From Camelus ferus (Eukaryota), in assembly GCF_009834535.1 (NCBI RefSeq), contig NC_045696.1:25298001-25362000 (forward strand): DNA of 64,000 nt, written 5' to 3'. Both the position numbers and the translations under genes were made by a program. The notes beneath the pieces are model-generated. The model was not told the origin of the DNA. It saw only the letters and a list, made by a program, of their open reading frames with translations, and ran no database searches. Position 1 is the stretch's first letter. Each line of letters opens with the position of its first letter. Shown in pieces: positions 38,410 to 51,854 of the stretch.

Positions 38410-39070
38410 TATGATGAATTCACTAAACATCATTGATTACCACATCTGAAGCAAATATTGCTCTAAGTATTGTGAATATAATAATATAAAGACTTGGTCA
38501 CTGATCTTGAGAATCTTAAAGTCCAGTTCAACAGTTGCTATAATGCATTGTTTATAAGAGAATGCATAGAACCAGAATGGCTTCTTTTGTTATTCAGGTT
38601 TCAGCCTAAATATTACCTTTCTAAAGAGGAATCTCTGTCTACTAACAACCCAGTTTAAAGAAATCTACTCCCATCACCCTATCCCCTTTTTTTGTTGTTG
38701 TTGTTTAAAAAATGCTATTTAATTCAGTTATCTTGCTTATTCAAAATTGTGTTGGTTTTCTCATTTGTGTTTAACTATGAGAAAGAAAGGGTCTGGTCTC
38801 TTTTATTTGTCATGGAATACTATCCCTTTAAAATGTGTGGATTATAGAAGGTGGTCAATGGATACTTATCAAACAAATGAATGAATGGAAGTCAGTTTAG
38901 AGAAATTTGCTTAGGTTTCACAGGGGCAGAAGCATTTGAATCAAGCATGCAAGTAGGAGAAAGGCAACTCAAGCTGAGGAACATACTAAGTATTAGGACA
39001 CTGAGAGGAAAGTGTAAGAGCCTATGTTAATGGTCCATAAGCAGCCTGGCTACTTTGAGAGACATGAAGG
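38410..39070. mobile_element. L2 fragments in both orientations (+ strand 3' end at about 38575-38887)
   Basis: ttattcaggtttcagcctaaatattacc...aaacaaatgaatgaatg; flanks gacttggtcactgatcttgagaatctt. Confidence 0.5.
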
Positions 39071-39692
39071 GAAGTAGGAGCAACAGTTACATCAACATTA
39101 CAGGAAGAATGTATCAACCTCTAACCAATGAAGAAGAATTGAAGAATAAGGGGACATGATCAGTAGATATCTTAGTGTAGGTATTTCTCGTAAGTGTAGA
39201 ATTGTTCAACTAAACTGAATGTGTGAATACAGCATATAGAATTTCTCCTTGGTGGCACTAAGGACAGAGAGGTAGACCTGATAATCCTGTGGCAATATTA
39301 GGAAAATTAATGATACAATAAAGATGACAGCTACCTGAGGGAAAAGGTATAATATAATTTTAAAAGATTAATTTTTCTAATTATGCAAATGATTCCCGCT
39401 CATTATTTATTGGGATTTATTTGGAATGTTTAGTCTAAAACATTCACATGTAAAAATACATAGTTGATATTTTGGATACCTTCCCTCCATACTTTTTTTC
39501 AGTGCATTTTAACATTTGAAATCACATTGTAAATTTAAATCCTGTGTTTTTATTTAAATTTAACAAGGTATTCTCATCTTCAAAGATACAATTTATAATG
39601 GCCCCATAATACTCCATTGTATGAGGACCCTCTACTTAGTATTTTCCTCTTGAGTAGATTGAATACCTAGATTGAATAGGATAGATTCATAT

Positions 39693-40104
39693 TGTTAGGT
39701 AGGTAGGAAATTACTTGGTTGTGTACAACAGAGACACTGAAAGCAGCAGTTGGAAATAAAATAGATATTTATCTCTTTCATTAAAAAGTTTGAATGAATA
39801 ATTGGCTTTATTCTGAAAGCTGCCACAGGTTCAGGCTCCTTCTGTGTTACTGGTAAACAGTGACCCAGAATGTAGCCCTCGTGGGCCTGGTCCAAAATTG
39901 TCCATGATAGTTCAAAATTACCATACGAAGGTAATGGTTTCATGCAGAAATTCTGCACACTTTCACTCATTTCCTGTAAGACTTATTCATATAAACACTC
40001 TAGTAAGAGAAGTGGGAAATGTAGTCTTTTGGGGAGGCAGGGGTATCAAGTTCTGAGCTAAAATGCTGTCACAATGGAATAATGACAAAATGGAGAGTGG
40101 TAGA
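39693..40104 (-). mobile_element. ERVL LTR (LTR33-like)
   Basis: aacagagac...aaatagatatttatctctttca...caggctccttct...gggaaatgtagtcttt...gctaaaa...aatgga. Confidence 0.65.
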
Positions 40105-40765
40105 CAAATAGTTTCTGCTATCCATGGTCAAGTTTCTCATCCTGACAATGCCACTTGTCCAGAGATGTCTTGTGGAAACCACTGAATTTCAGACATTATT
40201 AAATTTGCTTTTGAAGAACACTATGATGGTCCAATTCAAAATGTATCTGCTATTTTGTTTAAACAATATACTTTAAAATGTTTAGTTATCTATTTAATTA
40301 ATTCTTGAATTGTGAAAAGTGGAATGAAAGACAATATTTAAGAGAGAACTCTGGTCTGACCATTGTTTTAATTATTTTAGGTCAGAATTGCTTTGAGATT
40401 AGCAGCTAATTCATTTTTAAATTCATGATGTAAGTATATTAATGTTGTCAAAAAGATTTCTTTGGATCAGAGCATTTAACAGGAAACTAGATATTTAACA
40501 GGATTTTTCTTCTCTCATCTAATAGTTTAAGTATATATTCAATTGCCAACTAGTTAAAATTAATGTAAATTCTTAAAATTAATGTTTGGGGTTATAATTT
40601 CTTAAATAGATTCTGAAAAGAAATTAATGGATTGTTTTAAATAATAGTACACAGCCTCTGTTTTCTGGGACTTGGTAAAGAAAAGAAAAAAAAAGATGCA
40701 GTTATGTCTATCAAGAATGTTTGTAGGCATACTATTTAAAAGTTGAGTAATAAATATTTTACAGG

Positions 40766-41511
40766 GGGCAAAATCCCAAGTGAAATAGAGAAAACAATTC
40801 TGCATATACCAGTAGGACCTTGTCTAATTTTTGTGATATAAAAATAGATTTTTTTTTTTTAAGACTTCATTGTTTTAGAACAGTTTTAGTTTCACAGTCA
40901 AATTGAGAGGGAACTACGGGGATTTTCTATGTATCCTCTGCCCCCACGCATGCATAGACTCCCCCATAATCAGTGTCACCATCAGAGTGGCATGTTTGTT
41001 ACAGCTGATGAACCTACACTGACTCATCGTAATCACCTGAAGTTCACAGGTTTCCTTACAGTTCACCCTTGGTATAACATATTCTATGGGTTGGAAAATG
41101 TATAATGACATACATCCATAATTACAGAATCATACAGAATATTTTCACTGCCCTAAAAATCTGTGCTCTATCTGCTCATCCTTCCCCAACCCTAAACCTC
41201 TGGCAACCACTGACTGACTTTTTTACATACCTATAGTTTTGCCTTTTCCAGAATGTCCCAAATTGGAATCACACAGTATACAACCTTTTCAGATTGGCTT
41301 CTTTCAACACAGTAATACAAATTTAAGGTCCCTCCATGTCTTTTTGGAGCTTTCATTTTTAAGCCTTTTTTTTTTTCAGGATATTAACCTCTGGAGGCAT
41401 AGTCAATACCTGTCATTTTCCTGCATCAAACCGCTCTTGGCCCACCACAAATTCTCAGTAACATGGGCAAAATCCCAAGTGAAATAGAGAAAACAATTCT
41501 GCATATACCAG
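40766..41511 (+). repeat. Perfect 47-bp direct repeat (40766-40812 and 41465-41511)
   Basis: gggcaaaatcccaagtgaaatagagaaaacaattctgcatataccag is identical in both copies. Confidence 0.97.
40850..41360 (-). mobile_element. L1MC1-like 3' end
   Basis: ttttagaacagttttagtttcacag...gatgaacctacactgac...ttcactgccctaaaaatc...ctggcaaccactga...tttgccttttccagaatgtc...ttttcagattggcttcttt. Confidence 0.9.
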
Positions 41512-43874
41512 AAAACATTTCAGAATTTGTCCATGGTGTTACAACATAAAGATTTTTGGAATCATTTTGAACTCAATTGCTAGGTCTATAGAAAGGGACT
41601 CCCACTGAAGATAAGGAGATGTATTAGATAAAAAGAATTCCTCTTCTTTTGCTTACAGAAAATCTACCTTTGATACCAAAACAGTTTTCTTCTTTTCTCT
41701 TACTTGGTTCTGACATACTTGGGCATCACACTGTATCTGTTTTGTGAAATTTGCTTTGCAATAGGAAAAGCCCTGGTGCACTCTGTATACATAGTAAGTC
41801 ATGGCCATAATGATTAGTGTCTGGAGGAAAAAAATGGAATCAGAGAAAGAGAAAAAATAAGAAAGAGACCTAGCAATAAAGAATGGGAAGGGTGGAGATG
41901 GGGAACAAAATCCATTCCTTATTTCCTAAAAAGCAATGCTATTTCAGATCATTTTAATTCAATTTTTGATTAGGTATATAGAGAGAAATAATTTGGGATC
42001 TAATTTGCTATATTCACCCCTATGTTAGTCTGTTGTCAAAAGTATTATTAAAAACCATGAAGTTCTAAATTAAATAATAAGGTTGAGGGAACACTTAGCC
42101 ATAGGAGATTTATTTTTTGATTTTTTATTAACACTTCAGTAGAACTAGGAATAGTACTGTAATATCAGCAAAAGATGAGCACAGTATTCTTTAAGTATGT
42201 CTTACCTGCATTTTCCTCCCCACGCTATGATGATGGTTACAATTCATTCCATAGTACCGCAAGAGGAGAATATGACAAGGGAAGAAGGAAGCCTAATAGC
42301 GAATTGTAGATGTTTCTGAGAGCTTCAGCACATCGCTGTGGTGACTTAAGGTCCCTCCTCAGCCTTGTATTAAACTTCACCCACTCGATGGAACAGAGTA
42401 TGAATTCATGTCTTTTCCTTTTCTTACATACAACTGTCCACTTAGCAGACATCATCACCTTCACTCCTTTCCATCCCTCTGCAATAGGAAGTTTGGAGTT
42501 TCAACTTATCTTCAAGTTCTTACCCTTTATTTCCTGCTTATGTAATACCCACATTTATTTTGGTTAGTCCTCAAGCAATTTGCCAGCTCCAAATTGATTT
42601 TTATTTCTGATTTATACATATTTTAAAAAGTTAATTTCACCAAAGTAGAGCCATTCTACTAAAATCTGAAAGGATGAAGAGAAAATTGAGAATTGTATTT
42701 AGAAAAATTTTGAGACAAGCTAATCATAATAGAGCTCTTGCTATTTTTTAATTGTCTTAAATAAGCATGCTTTTGTGACTTAAATCTGGAAATCTGTTGC
42801 AGTTTTACAAAAGTTAATTATGCAAATGAATGTTTATAAATCTAATTTTGCATTTTAGTCTGTTATTATTACTAAATATTTCTTAGTTAAGAATACTTTA
42901 AAATTTTAAACTCTTTTATTTATGACATTTTCAATTTTCTTTGAGCTCATTTAAATGTTGCATATCAACTGGCCTTTTAGGATTTTCATGACATGAATGT
43001 CATATTTCCAAACAGCTTGTTTATTAATAAAAGTTGAGAGTAAATACTGATGTCTCAGATTGTGGTTACTTTTGCAAAGTAGTTATGTAGGCAATAGATT
43101 AGATTTAAATATGTTTTAAATGTTTGTTGAAGAGTTTCCATTTTACCCACAAAATACATTTAGAGTTTATGGTATAGACACTAGTGAACCTTAGCAATAA
43201 GATACGTTTGAAGCCATATACTGTTCCCAGATATGTTACCTGTCCTGGACATGTGAGATTGTACTGTCAGACAATAGATTGATTATGTGGGAATTCATCT
43301 TTCACTTTGAAGAACTCTGAACTTGAGGAAGTTCTAACACCTAACTTCTGTGTTAATTTCTTCATCCTTTTAGTACATGTGTAAAGTTTACTCATCATTG
43401 GTTATTCTCCTTGCAAGTTGCAGTCTGTGTTATTGTTGTTTTATTTGAAATTCCAAACCACTTTTAAACTTTAAGAGTGTCTAAGACATGTTATATGCAG
43501 CACCACTTTTAATATGAGCTTGATTTGGGCTCATATCATCATCTTTTTTGAGTGTATACATTTGTTAACAGTCACAATGACCTTACATGCTCAAATCTCT
43601 AAGGTTGTTAATCCATAATAAATCAGTCTTGTAATGTGCTTATGTTAATGCATGTATGTGGAATTCTTCAATAAATGTCTTTGCTTCTATACACGGTCTA
43701 GTAAAAATTTGTCAAAATTTGATACATAGATATCATTCATCTTTATTATAATCATTGGTTGTTTAATACCACCAAAGTTCTTCTTGAAACTCTGTTGTAT
43801 AAATGACTAGATGCAAATTTTAACAGAAGTCAACCAACTTCAAAAAAAGAAAAGAAAGAAAAAACTAAAGTTAT

Positions 43875-44080
43875 TGGGGGAAGAGTTTAGCTCAAGTGGT
43901 AGAGTGCATGCTTAGCATGCAGAAAGTCCTTGCTTCAATCCCCAGTACCTCCATTAAAACAAACAAACAAAAACAAACAAATAAATAAGCAAGCCTGATT
44001 ATCTCCCCTCCCCACAAAAAACCTAAATAGATAAATCACTTTTCAAAAAAAAATTTTTAATCTGTAAAAAAATTTAAAAA
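43875..44080 (+). mobile_element. tRNA(Ala)-derived camelid SINE (vic-1-like) with TSD
   Basis: ggggaagagtttagctcaagtggtagagtgcatgcttagcatgc...ttcaatccccagtacctcc with A/B-box-like motifs and an A-rich tail. Flanks aaaactaaagttat (43861-43874) and aaacctaaagttgt (44081-44094). Confidence 0.88.
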
Positions 44081-45304
44081 AAACCTAAAGTTGTGTATCA
44101 AAGTGCAATTGTGTAGTCAAAAGCTAAGTAATTGCACAATAACACAGATTGTTGACTTTCTAAGTTGCGGTATGAATGTGATGAAAAATACAAAGCTGAA
44201 TTCAAAGCAATTGCATATCATTCTAATGAGGAGATTCATGCTGGCAAGCTGTCCTTTTCCTTTCCCTCTGCTTTCAGTCAAGATAATTTCATTTATCTTC
44301 CGAGTTACCATAACCTTGTGGGATAGACCAATACCCAAACATTTCACCTCCTTGACCACATTCGAGAAAGCTTGTTTGTCTTGGGCATAATATTTTAGCC
44401 TATCCTGGATGTCAGCCTATCACTCTAACTGATTTATTTCTAACCAGAATAATATGAGTATAAAAATATATGTAATGTGAAGTCTGAAGTATTGAAGCCC
44501 TGAATGGATTTATACTGCTTCACAGTACATGTGATTTAGAGCTAATGGAGTATCTTGACATTTTATAAGCATTTAACTTTTGGAGAAATTACATCCAGGT
44601 CACAAAGCATATTATGATTTAAAAATATTATATAGCTTCCCATTTTAGGAAGGACATTGGTTTAATGGTTAGGAGAGTCAGGCAACTAGTCATTCATTGA
44701 GAGTGATTCTTACCTTAGTAGATGGATAAAAAAGATGTTAACATTTCAAATAAAATGTTATTCTTTTTAGTTCCAAAAAATGCATTCATTGCCCATGTTC
44801 TAAAGACTAAAGAAGTAACTACCAGAGTTAATATATCATGCCACATATATTACAGTATGTTAGTAATTAGCATGTGGAAACCCCTTAATAATAACACTTG
44901 AAGACAAATCTTCCCTTTGGGAACTGTCAGTAAAATAAAGGCAAAGAAATCAATTTCTCTTGGTTGTGTTGTGAATCTTTTTAGATGTTTTCTATCCCCT
45001 TAAAGGTTGTCACCTGTTCTTTATCTGGTATTGCTGTATTTTCAAAAGATCAGAATTAGTATGAACTTAATTTATATTCTCCTTCAATTAAAGAAATTAT
45101 TCATAAGCTGAGGAAATTTATCATCAGATTTAACTTGTCAGAAATGTTATCATAACAGTAGTAGGCAGACTAACTTTTATAAGAAAGGAAAAAAAATTCA
45201 AAATCTCAAGGAATCACCTGCTTACATCATATCTTAGTTCTAAAGTTCTCTGCTCCCTGCAGTGATTTGGTTTCCCTCCCTTTTGTGCTTCTGTTGTTCC
45301 CTAT

Positions 45305-45496
45305 CTTGGGTCAAATCCAGCCCACACTTTTTTTTTTTTTTTTTTGTACAGCCCCAGAACTAAGCTTGTTTTTCACTTTTTCAAAGGTCTGTGAAAAATA
45401 AAGAAAGAATAATATGTGCTAGAGGCCTTATGTGTCCTGCAAAGCCTATAATATTTACTACCTGGCCCCTTCCATAAAAAAATGTGCTGATCCCTT
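45305..45496. mobile_element. MER58-type hAT-Charlie MITE (MER58C-like)
   Basis: gggtcaaatccagccc...gtacagccc...ctaag...gcaaagcctataatatttactacctggcccctt...gctgatccct. Confidence 0.8.
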
Positions 45497-46095
45497 CCTT
45501 AGTGCTTCAGAGTCCTCCACTGGATTATTTGCATCAGGCCAGGTGACATAAGCAGAGAGAAAATGCCTGGGAAAATCACCAGCAGTTTCCATGGGCACGC
45601 ACATTGTGTCTGTCCTTTTCACCGACATTCCATTGTTCAAAACTCAAGTTGCTTGGCCAGACCCAAATAAAAGGGAAACTAGGAGACATGGTTCAGCTAG
45701 ATGCTCAAGAGGAAAAGGAAAATGGTCTGACAAATAACTAGCTAGACTCTGTCATATTTATAATACGACTAAGAAAATGACCACTCACACCAGATGATGC
45801 AGTGTTATGTGTTTTGAAAGAGTAATTTTGGAATGAATGTTTCATTACGGTGGGCACTTCTAATCTATGCTGTTCTCCTCTCTTTCCAGTCATCCAGGTG
45901 AATAAATAACTCCCCATCCACTTCCAGTGAGTCACAGGCATGTAATATAAGTCAGGAGTTTGGTGCACCATTTCAACAGCTGTCTTGGAATCTACCCCAC
46001 TATCCTAGGCCTGAAACCACCTCCCAATTCCTCTTTGTTTACATGCAATAAAGTAGAAGACTATTATCTGTTTGGCCATACAATTCAGTTAATAT

Positions 46096-46439
46096 TGTTA
46101 AATGATAAACTGAGGCATATTAAGAAAAAATCCATTTATTTGAGCAAAAATAGGTTCAAATTGGGCAGAACCAACAGCAAGTGGTTAGGAGTGCTCTGAC
46201 AACAGGAACCAGGGGAAAGACACACAGGGAGAAAGTATGAAAGCAAAGAATGGAAATTGTTTAATTGGCTATCGTATAAAGCCTGACCGTCTGTGTTTGT
46301 GATTGACTGTCTTTAGTGTTTAAATTCTGTAACCTTGAGAACTTTACAGGCTTAGGTTTTGGTTTGCTTACAAAGACCACCATGGATGGCATCAGAGCCA
46401 CCATAGTCTAGCGGCCCCCTTGTTTAGTTAATGTAAACA
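46096..46439 (-). mobile_element. ERV1 solo LTR (MER93-like)
   Basis: TGTTAAatgataaactgaggcatatta...tttatttgagcaaaaat...gtggttaggagtgctc...ttacaggcttaggttttggtttgcttac...tAAACA; flanks aatat/catat. Confidence 0.8.
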
Positions 46440-46554
46440 CATATTCACTATTGATCCCCATGGGTTTCCTTCAAGTCTTGCTATTCAGCCTATGAGGTTT
46501 TTTTCAGGCTGTCTCTGTTAGCATCATTGTCCCAGCCCCCAAAACCACCACGGA

Positions 46555-47040
46555 CTGTGACGTGTCTTAGGTTTTACCCATCTTGCAAACTGTCAAGTAA
46601 GCCTGTTTATAGTTTAATGGATCCTGGCAGAAGACTCATGACTCTCGGGTCAGAGACAAAGAACACTGTTACTCACTGCACAGTGTGCATCATGAAAATG
46701 TGTATGCTTGCATGAATTCCCCTTGAACCTAAGTCCTATAGGAGCAATACAGATGGTCCCTGATGAATGATTGCACATAAAGTGGGTGGCATTTCAGAAG
46801 AACTGTGAGCTCAGGGAAACTGAGACTTCTATATGTAAGCATGCCTGCTCTTAGGTTTGGAAAGAAACAGGCAGAAACCCAACATACCCTTTGCACTGAA
46901 GGGAAATACTGTCTCTGTATTCTACGGCTGTTTGCTCTATAAACATCCTCGTGAATGTAGTCTAGAATGATGGGCAGTCAGTGCCACACTGGTTAAGACA
47001 GATAAAATAGCCAGAGACCCATAGAGAACTTTTCTCCATT
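46555..47040 (-). mobile_element. ERVL solo LTR (LTR40-like)
   Basis: ggcagaagac...gactctcgggtcagagacaaag...ggctgtttgctctataaacatcc...gggcagtcagtgcc...agagacccatagagaac. Confidence 0.8.
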
Positions 47041-48559
47041 ATTATCATTGGATTGCTATATTTTTAAAATTTGTCTAGCAATATACAAGTCTGTGTTGGA
47101 AGCACGTTTAATAGAAGGTATGGGTAGATTAATGAAAATCTATACTTGCTGTTTATGAGAGAAAACAGAAATCAGGATTTCTAGTATTGACACAGTTGTT
47201 TGCCAGGCCAACTTTATGTCAGTGCAGAATGATTAAATTTCATTAAAATTGATTTGCATAGTTTTAACATGTTATTGGGTTGTTTGCCTTGTAAACAGCC
47301 ATAGTTGTGATGCAAATTTTATTGAATGGTATCCAAGTGTCCCACAGATAAGCACATACAAGTCTTTCTCGGAGAATGTAATTTGTAATCCATTACCAGA
47401 AACTCTTCTCTAGTTTAGAATTCCGACCTGCAGACTTGTTCAAGCTGGAGTTCAGCTAAGGTTGCAAATCACTACTTGTAGCCTGGTCTACTGATTCAAT
47501 AAAACTCTCACACACCAAAGGATCTATATTGGTGCTCACTATCCAAGAAGAAGCAAAATGAAAACAACATATATGACATGTTGTAAGCATAATTCTTTCA
47601 TTTTTCTTGGCTTGAAGTGATAAAAATGCTGGATGCCTTCATCTGTAGCAGGATATTCCCAGCTGAGTGCAAAGTGGAATTCAGTATTTATCTGATAAAT
47701 GAGTGACTGGCAGCATGCAGGTGTCTATATGCATAAGCTGATTTGCATGGGGGATGGAGAACTTCTAAAATAAAGCTTTGCAAGTGAGAACTTGCAGAAT
47801 AGAACCTCAAAATCAAAGGGAAGGAAAGATGCTTCAGAAAGCTAGGCATTGTGACCCCTGCCTACTCCCTCTAAATTCTTTGGAAAACATTGGCATGCTT
47901 ATTGTTGAAGAGCTGTTTAAGTGGCAAAGCAAGACATAGATCAGGAAATCATGGAATCATGTAATATTGATGTGGTGAGACCTCAAGGGCCTTTAGAAGT
48001 AGAATGAAACCTTAAGAAAACTGCTGTGCCCAGGCAGGCAGTAGAGAATCTTTGGAAATAGAATTTTGTTGTAAGCACAAATGAGAAAGCCCTTGAGACA
48101 TCTAGAAATATTTAAGGAAGGTGTAATTTTGTGCCATTCACTTTAGGAAAATAAGAATGCAAAATCTAATTCATAACTTCTATTAGGAGTTCACTGTGCC
48201 CAAAGGCGGCTTAAACCTGAGCAAATTTGAATTTTTACTTCGTGGCATTTCAAGATACCTTAAATCTGTTTTCAGGATTGGAATTTTTATTTCCCATCCT
48301 TTTCCAGCTATCCTTTTACTTTTGTATAAGAATGTATCAGTTAATTCTATTCATTTTAGCTATATATGTGAGTTAATTGTTAAGAATTTTTAAAAGCATT
48401 CTCCTACTTAAGCTTTTAAGATAATTATCTTGGAAGATAATTGATTTGTTTGACTTAAAACAATCAACTATAAGAAAAGAACCTTTTAAAAATGGATAGG
48501 CTGAAATTCTAGATTATCTTTTGCATCCGGGAGTGTTCAGAATTCAGCTCTTTACAATG

Positions 48560-49085
48560 GAATTTGATTCAACAAATATTTACGTTCACAAGTAAACAAG
48601 TCATATAACAAATGAAGGTGTGATACGAATGAATTTTTTTAAGTGAGGAAGTGATTCTGTTGCTTAGAGTATAAAGGAAGATTTCATGATGACCTTAAAG
48701 ACATAGATGAACTGCTACCCTGTGCCAAGTTGGTAGTCATTGTGGTCATCAGAACTTTTCAACCAAGGTAGTAATATTCTCTGAGCTGTACTTTCAGAGG
48801 TTAAAAGTACTTCCAAATATCTGAAGTTCAGGTTGGAGGCACTTACAGTAGTCTGTGTGAAATGTGGACCTATTTCAGTAAATGCACTATGGCTTGGCCA
48901 CTGATTAAATAGGAGTGAAGAATGAAAGGAAGAGGAAAAGATGCTTTCAGGGTTTCAGCCTGAAACCAGGAAAGGAGGGAGTGAATGTTGTTTAAGAAAT
49001 GATGTTTCAGTCTGAGTTAAAGTGTCCATTGGGCAGTTAAAAATGGGTTGAGAGAAATATTAAAGTCAGTGATTTGGGTGACGGC
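48560..49085 (-). mobile_element. Degraded L2
   Basis: attcaacaaatattta tail...ggccactgattaaatagg...gatgctttcagggtttcagcctg...gatgtttcagt. Confidence 0.5.
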
Positions 49086-51854
49086 TAGATGTGTTAATAA
49101 CAGTGACTGTTTATGGTTTGCTTATATTTTAGATTTTATGTGGGGAGTTTAATACACATTATTATTCTTAGTGCTTTAATCCTAATGTGGTAGCTATTCA
49201 TACAAATATATACTCATATATACATTCATATTCATATATATGCTTATATATTAAATTGATAATTTGTGAAGTTAAATAATTTGATAATTACTGCTCAGTT
49301 TTTCTAGAGTTGGATTTCAACCGGTATCTGTATAACTGTGAAGCCTGCATGTTCTTAACTCCCAAGCTCCCTTATCTTTTATGATAAGGGTCCAAATTTT
49401 GAATAAAGCAGAAATCAGAGACAGTGAGCAAGGCTTTAAAGACAAAAAGAGAAAATAATTTAAGATACAAGGAGGTGAGTGGGGAGGAAATGTCTATGTG
49501 AATGAGGCCAAGACAGAAACTCAAGCAGAAACAAAACTCTCCTGTGAATCTCAGGAGAGCCAAGGCTTGGGACAGGCCTGCGTGAACCCCAGGGAAGGCA
49601 GTTCTTTCTAGAGCATGTTTGTTTTTCTTCACGTTCTGTACAACCAGAATGTGTGAGTGTGAGTGTAAAGTGTGTGTGTAAGTTTGTGAGTGTGTATCAA
49701 GGATGGGCAGAGGATTATTTCTCAGCACAGAGGAAATATTTCCCATAAAATTAAGTCCTGGTTGAATTGCAGCCAAACTACCGTAGGTGTTAAAATTTGC
49801 GTTGGGTTCCCTAGATGTGCTCAGATGAATTCCAAAATCTTTTACCCCAAAATATAGCTGAAGAATAACATAAATTTAAGCCTTCCTAGTTTTTGTAAGA
49901 AAAAAAGGAGCTTTCAGAGACTGAAAAAATTGCCCTGAGGTTGACACCAAAAAATAATTCCTGGCACCTAAAAGAACATCACAGGGAATGAATTGGCCGT
50001 GTTAGAGCAAAAACCCAAGTTTTTTCAGTATGTCTCCTTTTCTTACTTCAATTTAAATTATTTAATTGCTGAAAGTTTTATTTATGAAATTTCCTTTAAT
50101 ACAGTTTTTTTTTTCTGTACCTCTTTGTGTTCAATTTTATTTGCTTTAACATTTTTGCTTCAAAGTATGCCTGTCTTCAAGACTGCATTGTCAGGTATTT
50201 TATTATTTGAAATGTAGAAGTGCTCCTTTTAGACAGTTACTCTGTTCCCAAGGGATCTCAGTTTGTCTTTCATCTACCCACCCTCCTCTATTAGGCAGCT
50301 CTGTGGGGGTCCTAAATGGATCAGACTTTGTCCTTACAGGCCAATTAGCTCAGGCTTTGATCATATAAAAGGAGAAACTAAAGATCAGCCTTGTCCTTCT
50401 GGAAGCTTCCCTCTTGGGACCTCTAAAAGACGCTTTCTTTGTTTCCCTATTTTTTCCTTAAGAAAGATCGTTAGTTCTCCCAAGTTACTAACACTGACAA
50501 TCTTTTATAGTCCACTAAAAAGATTTTTACAAATATTTGAAACAACAAATAATTATCAGCGATAATGCTTACAAGGGCTCATTGGAGGTAAGTCTAAGGT
50601 GTCCCTTCTATTTACTTTTGGAAACTGAGGTCAAGACTTTGTTCGGGTGGGGGTTACTGACTTTTAAATTACATTCTGTTTTTGGTTCCATAAAATATTA
50701 CCATTTTGGCCTTCAAAATCATGTCTAGTGACATGCAGCCGACAGTTGCATAATACAGCAGTTAGAAATGTGGACAGTGTCTGTCAAAATGGCATATTTT
50801 GTTGTCCAGAGCTACCAGATGACTAGGAACCATTTCATGTTTCACAGACACTCATTCATCATGTTTTCTCCACTGAGGTTTGCAGATAACTTTTCCAAGT
50901 CTATCATATTATGAGAATTTACCTCACATTTTACACTAAGGGATCTAAGAAATGTGAGCTTTCGCCCATCTCTTCACCAATCAGAAAGGAAAGAATTTGC
51001 CTGATATAGTCACAGAGTGACAACATGAAAGTAAAAGAAATTACTCTGTAAACTCCCTGTGAGGCCTCCTGTTACAACAGGGCCACTTTGCATCAATTGG
51101 GAATAAAAGCATAATGATATACTCCCTAATGTGAGGATGATGCAACCTGATACACACAAGCACAGCTTGAAGAAGGCTATGGCTCCACTGGAACCCAAGG
51201 TTCATAGACTTTTGTGGCTGAACACCTATGGAGAAATGCCATTCAGACAAAATTTTTAAAAATGGTTTATGTCTTTTTTTGATTAGCAGTCCTTGCTGGG
51301 AATCAGATTTGTTTTCAGGAAAATACTGGGAAGACAGACCGTCCAAGTACCAATTCATATTCTGATATACATTTTTACCCTGTGCTCACCTTCATGTCAC
51401 CTTCTGTGTTTCTAAACTCTAAGGTATAGCTTCTTCTTCTTTGACCTCAGGATTTATTGGTTAATGCTGCATTAGGTACCGAAGAATGAACAGTCAAAAA
51501 ATTGTGATAACATTTTTACTTCATGGAAAAGGATTATTTACTCTATTTATGTTAGGTCTGAAGTGTTTAGAAGGATTTTGCTGAAATTTTATGTTATGTC
51601 ATTAGTATATATGTAGAAGTGGGTATTTCTACTTTTTAATTATGGGAAATTAGATTTAAAAGCTACAGATTTAAAACTGGTTTGTAAATGTGATTCAATG
51701 ATTCAGAACAAAGGAATTGTGCCCTTGAAATTTGCCTGTTACAGTCAAAGCTGCTGTTCTAAACTGAAGTATTCAGTATGATTTTGTTCTACTTATTTTA
51801 CCAAAGGCCAGTTTATGACTTTCAAAGAGCTGTGGATTTAAAATAACAACTGTC

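Noticed and set aside
40766..41511. 47-bp repeat as the TSD of the L1MC1 fragment, or as a CRISPR-like repeat
   Set aside because: It is not adjacent to the L1 ends, is far too long and undiverged for an ancient insertion, has only two copies and is in a eukaryotic context.
43876..43952. Functional tRNA-Ala gene
   Set aside because: The B-box and stems are mutated, and the A-rich tail and TSD show it is a SINE.
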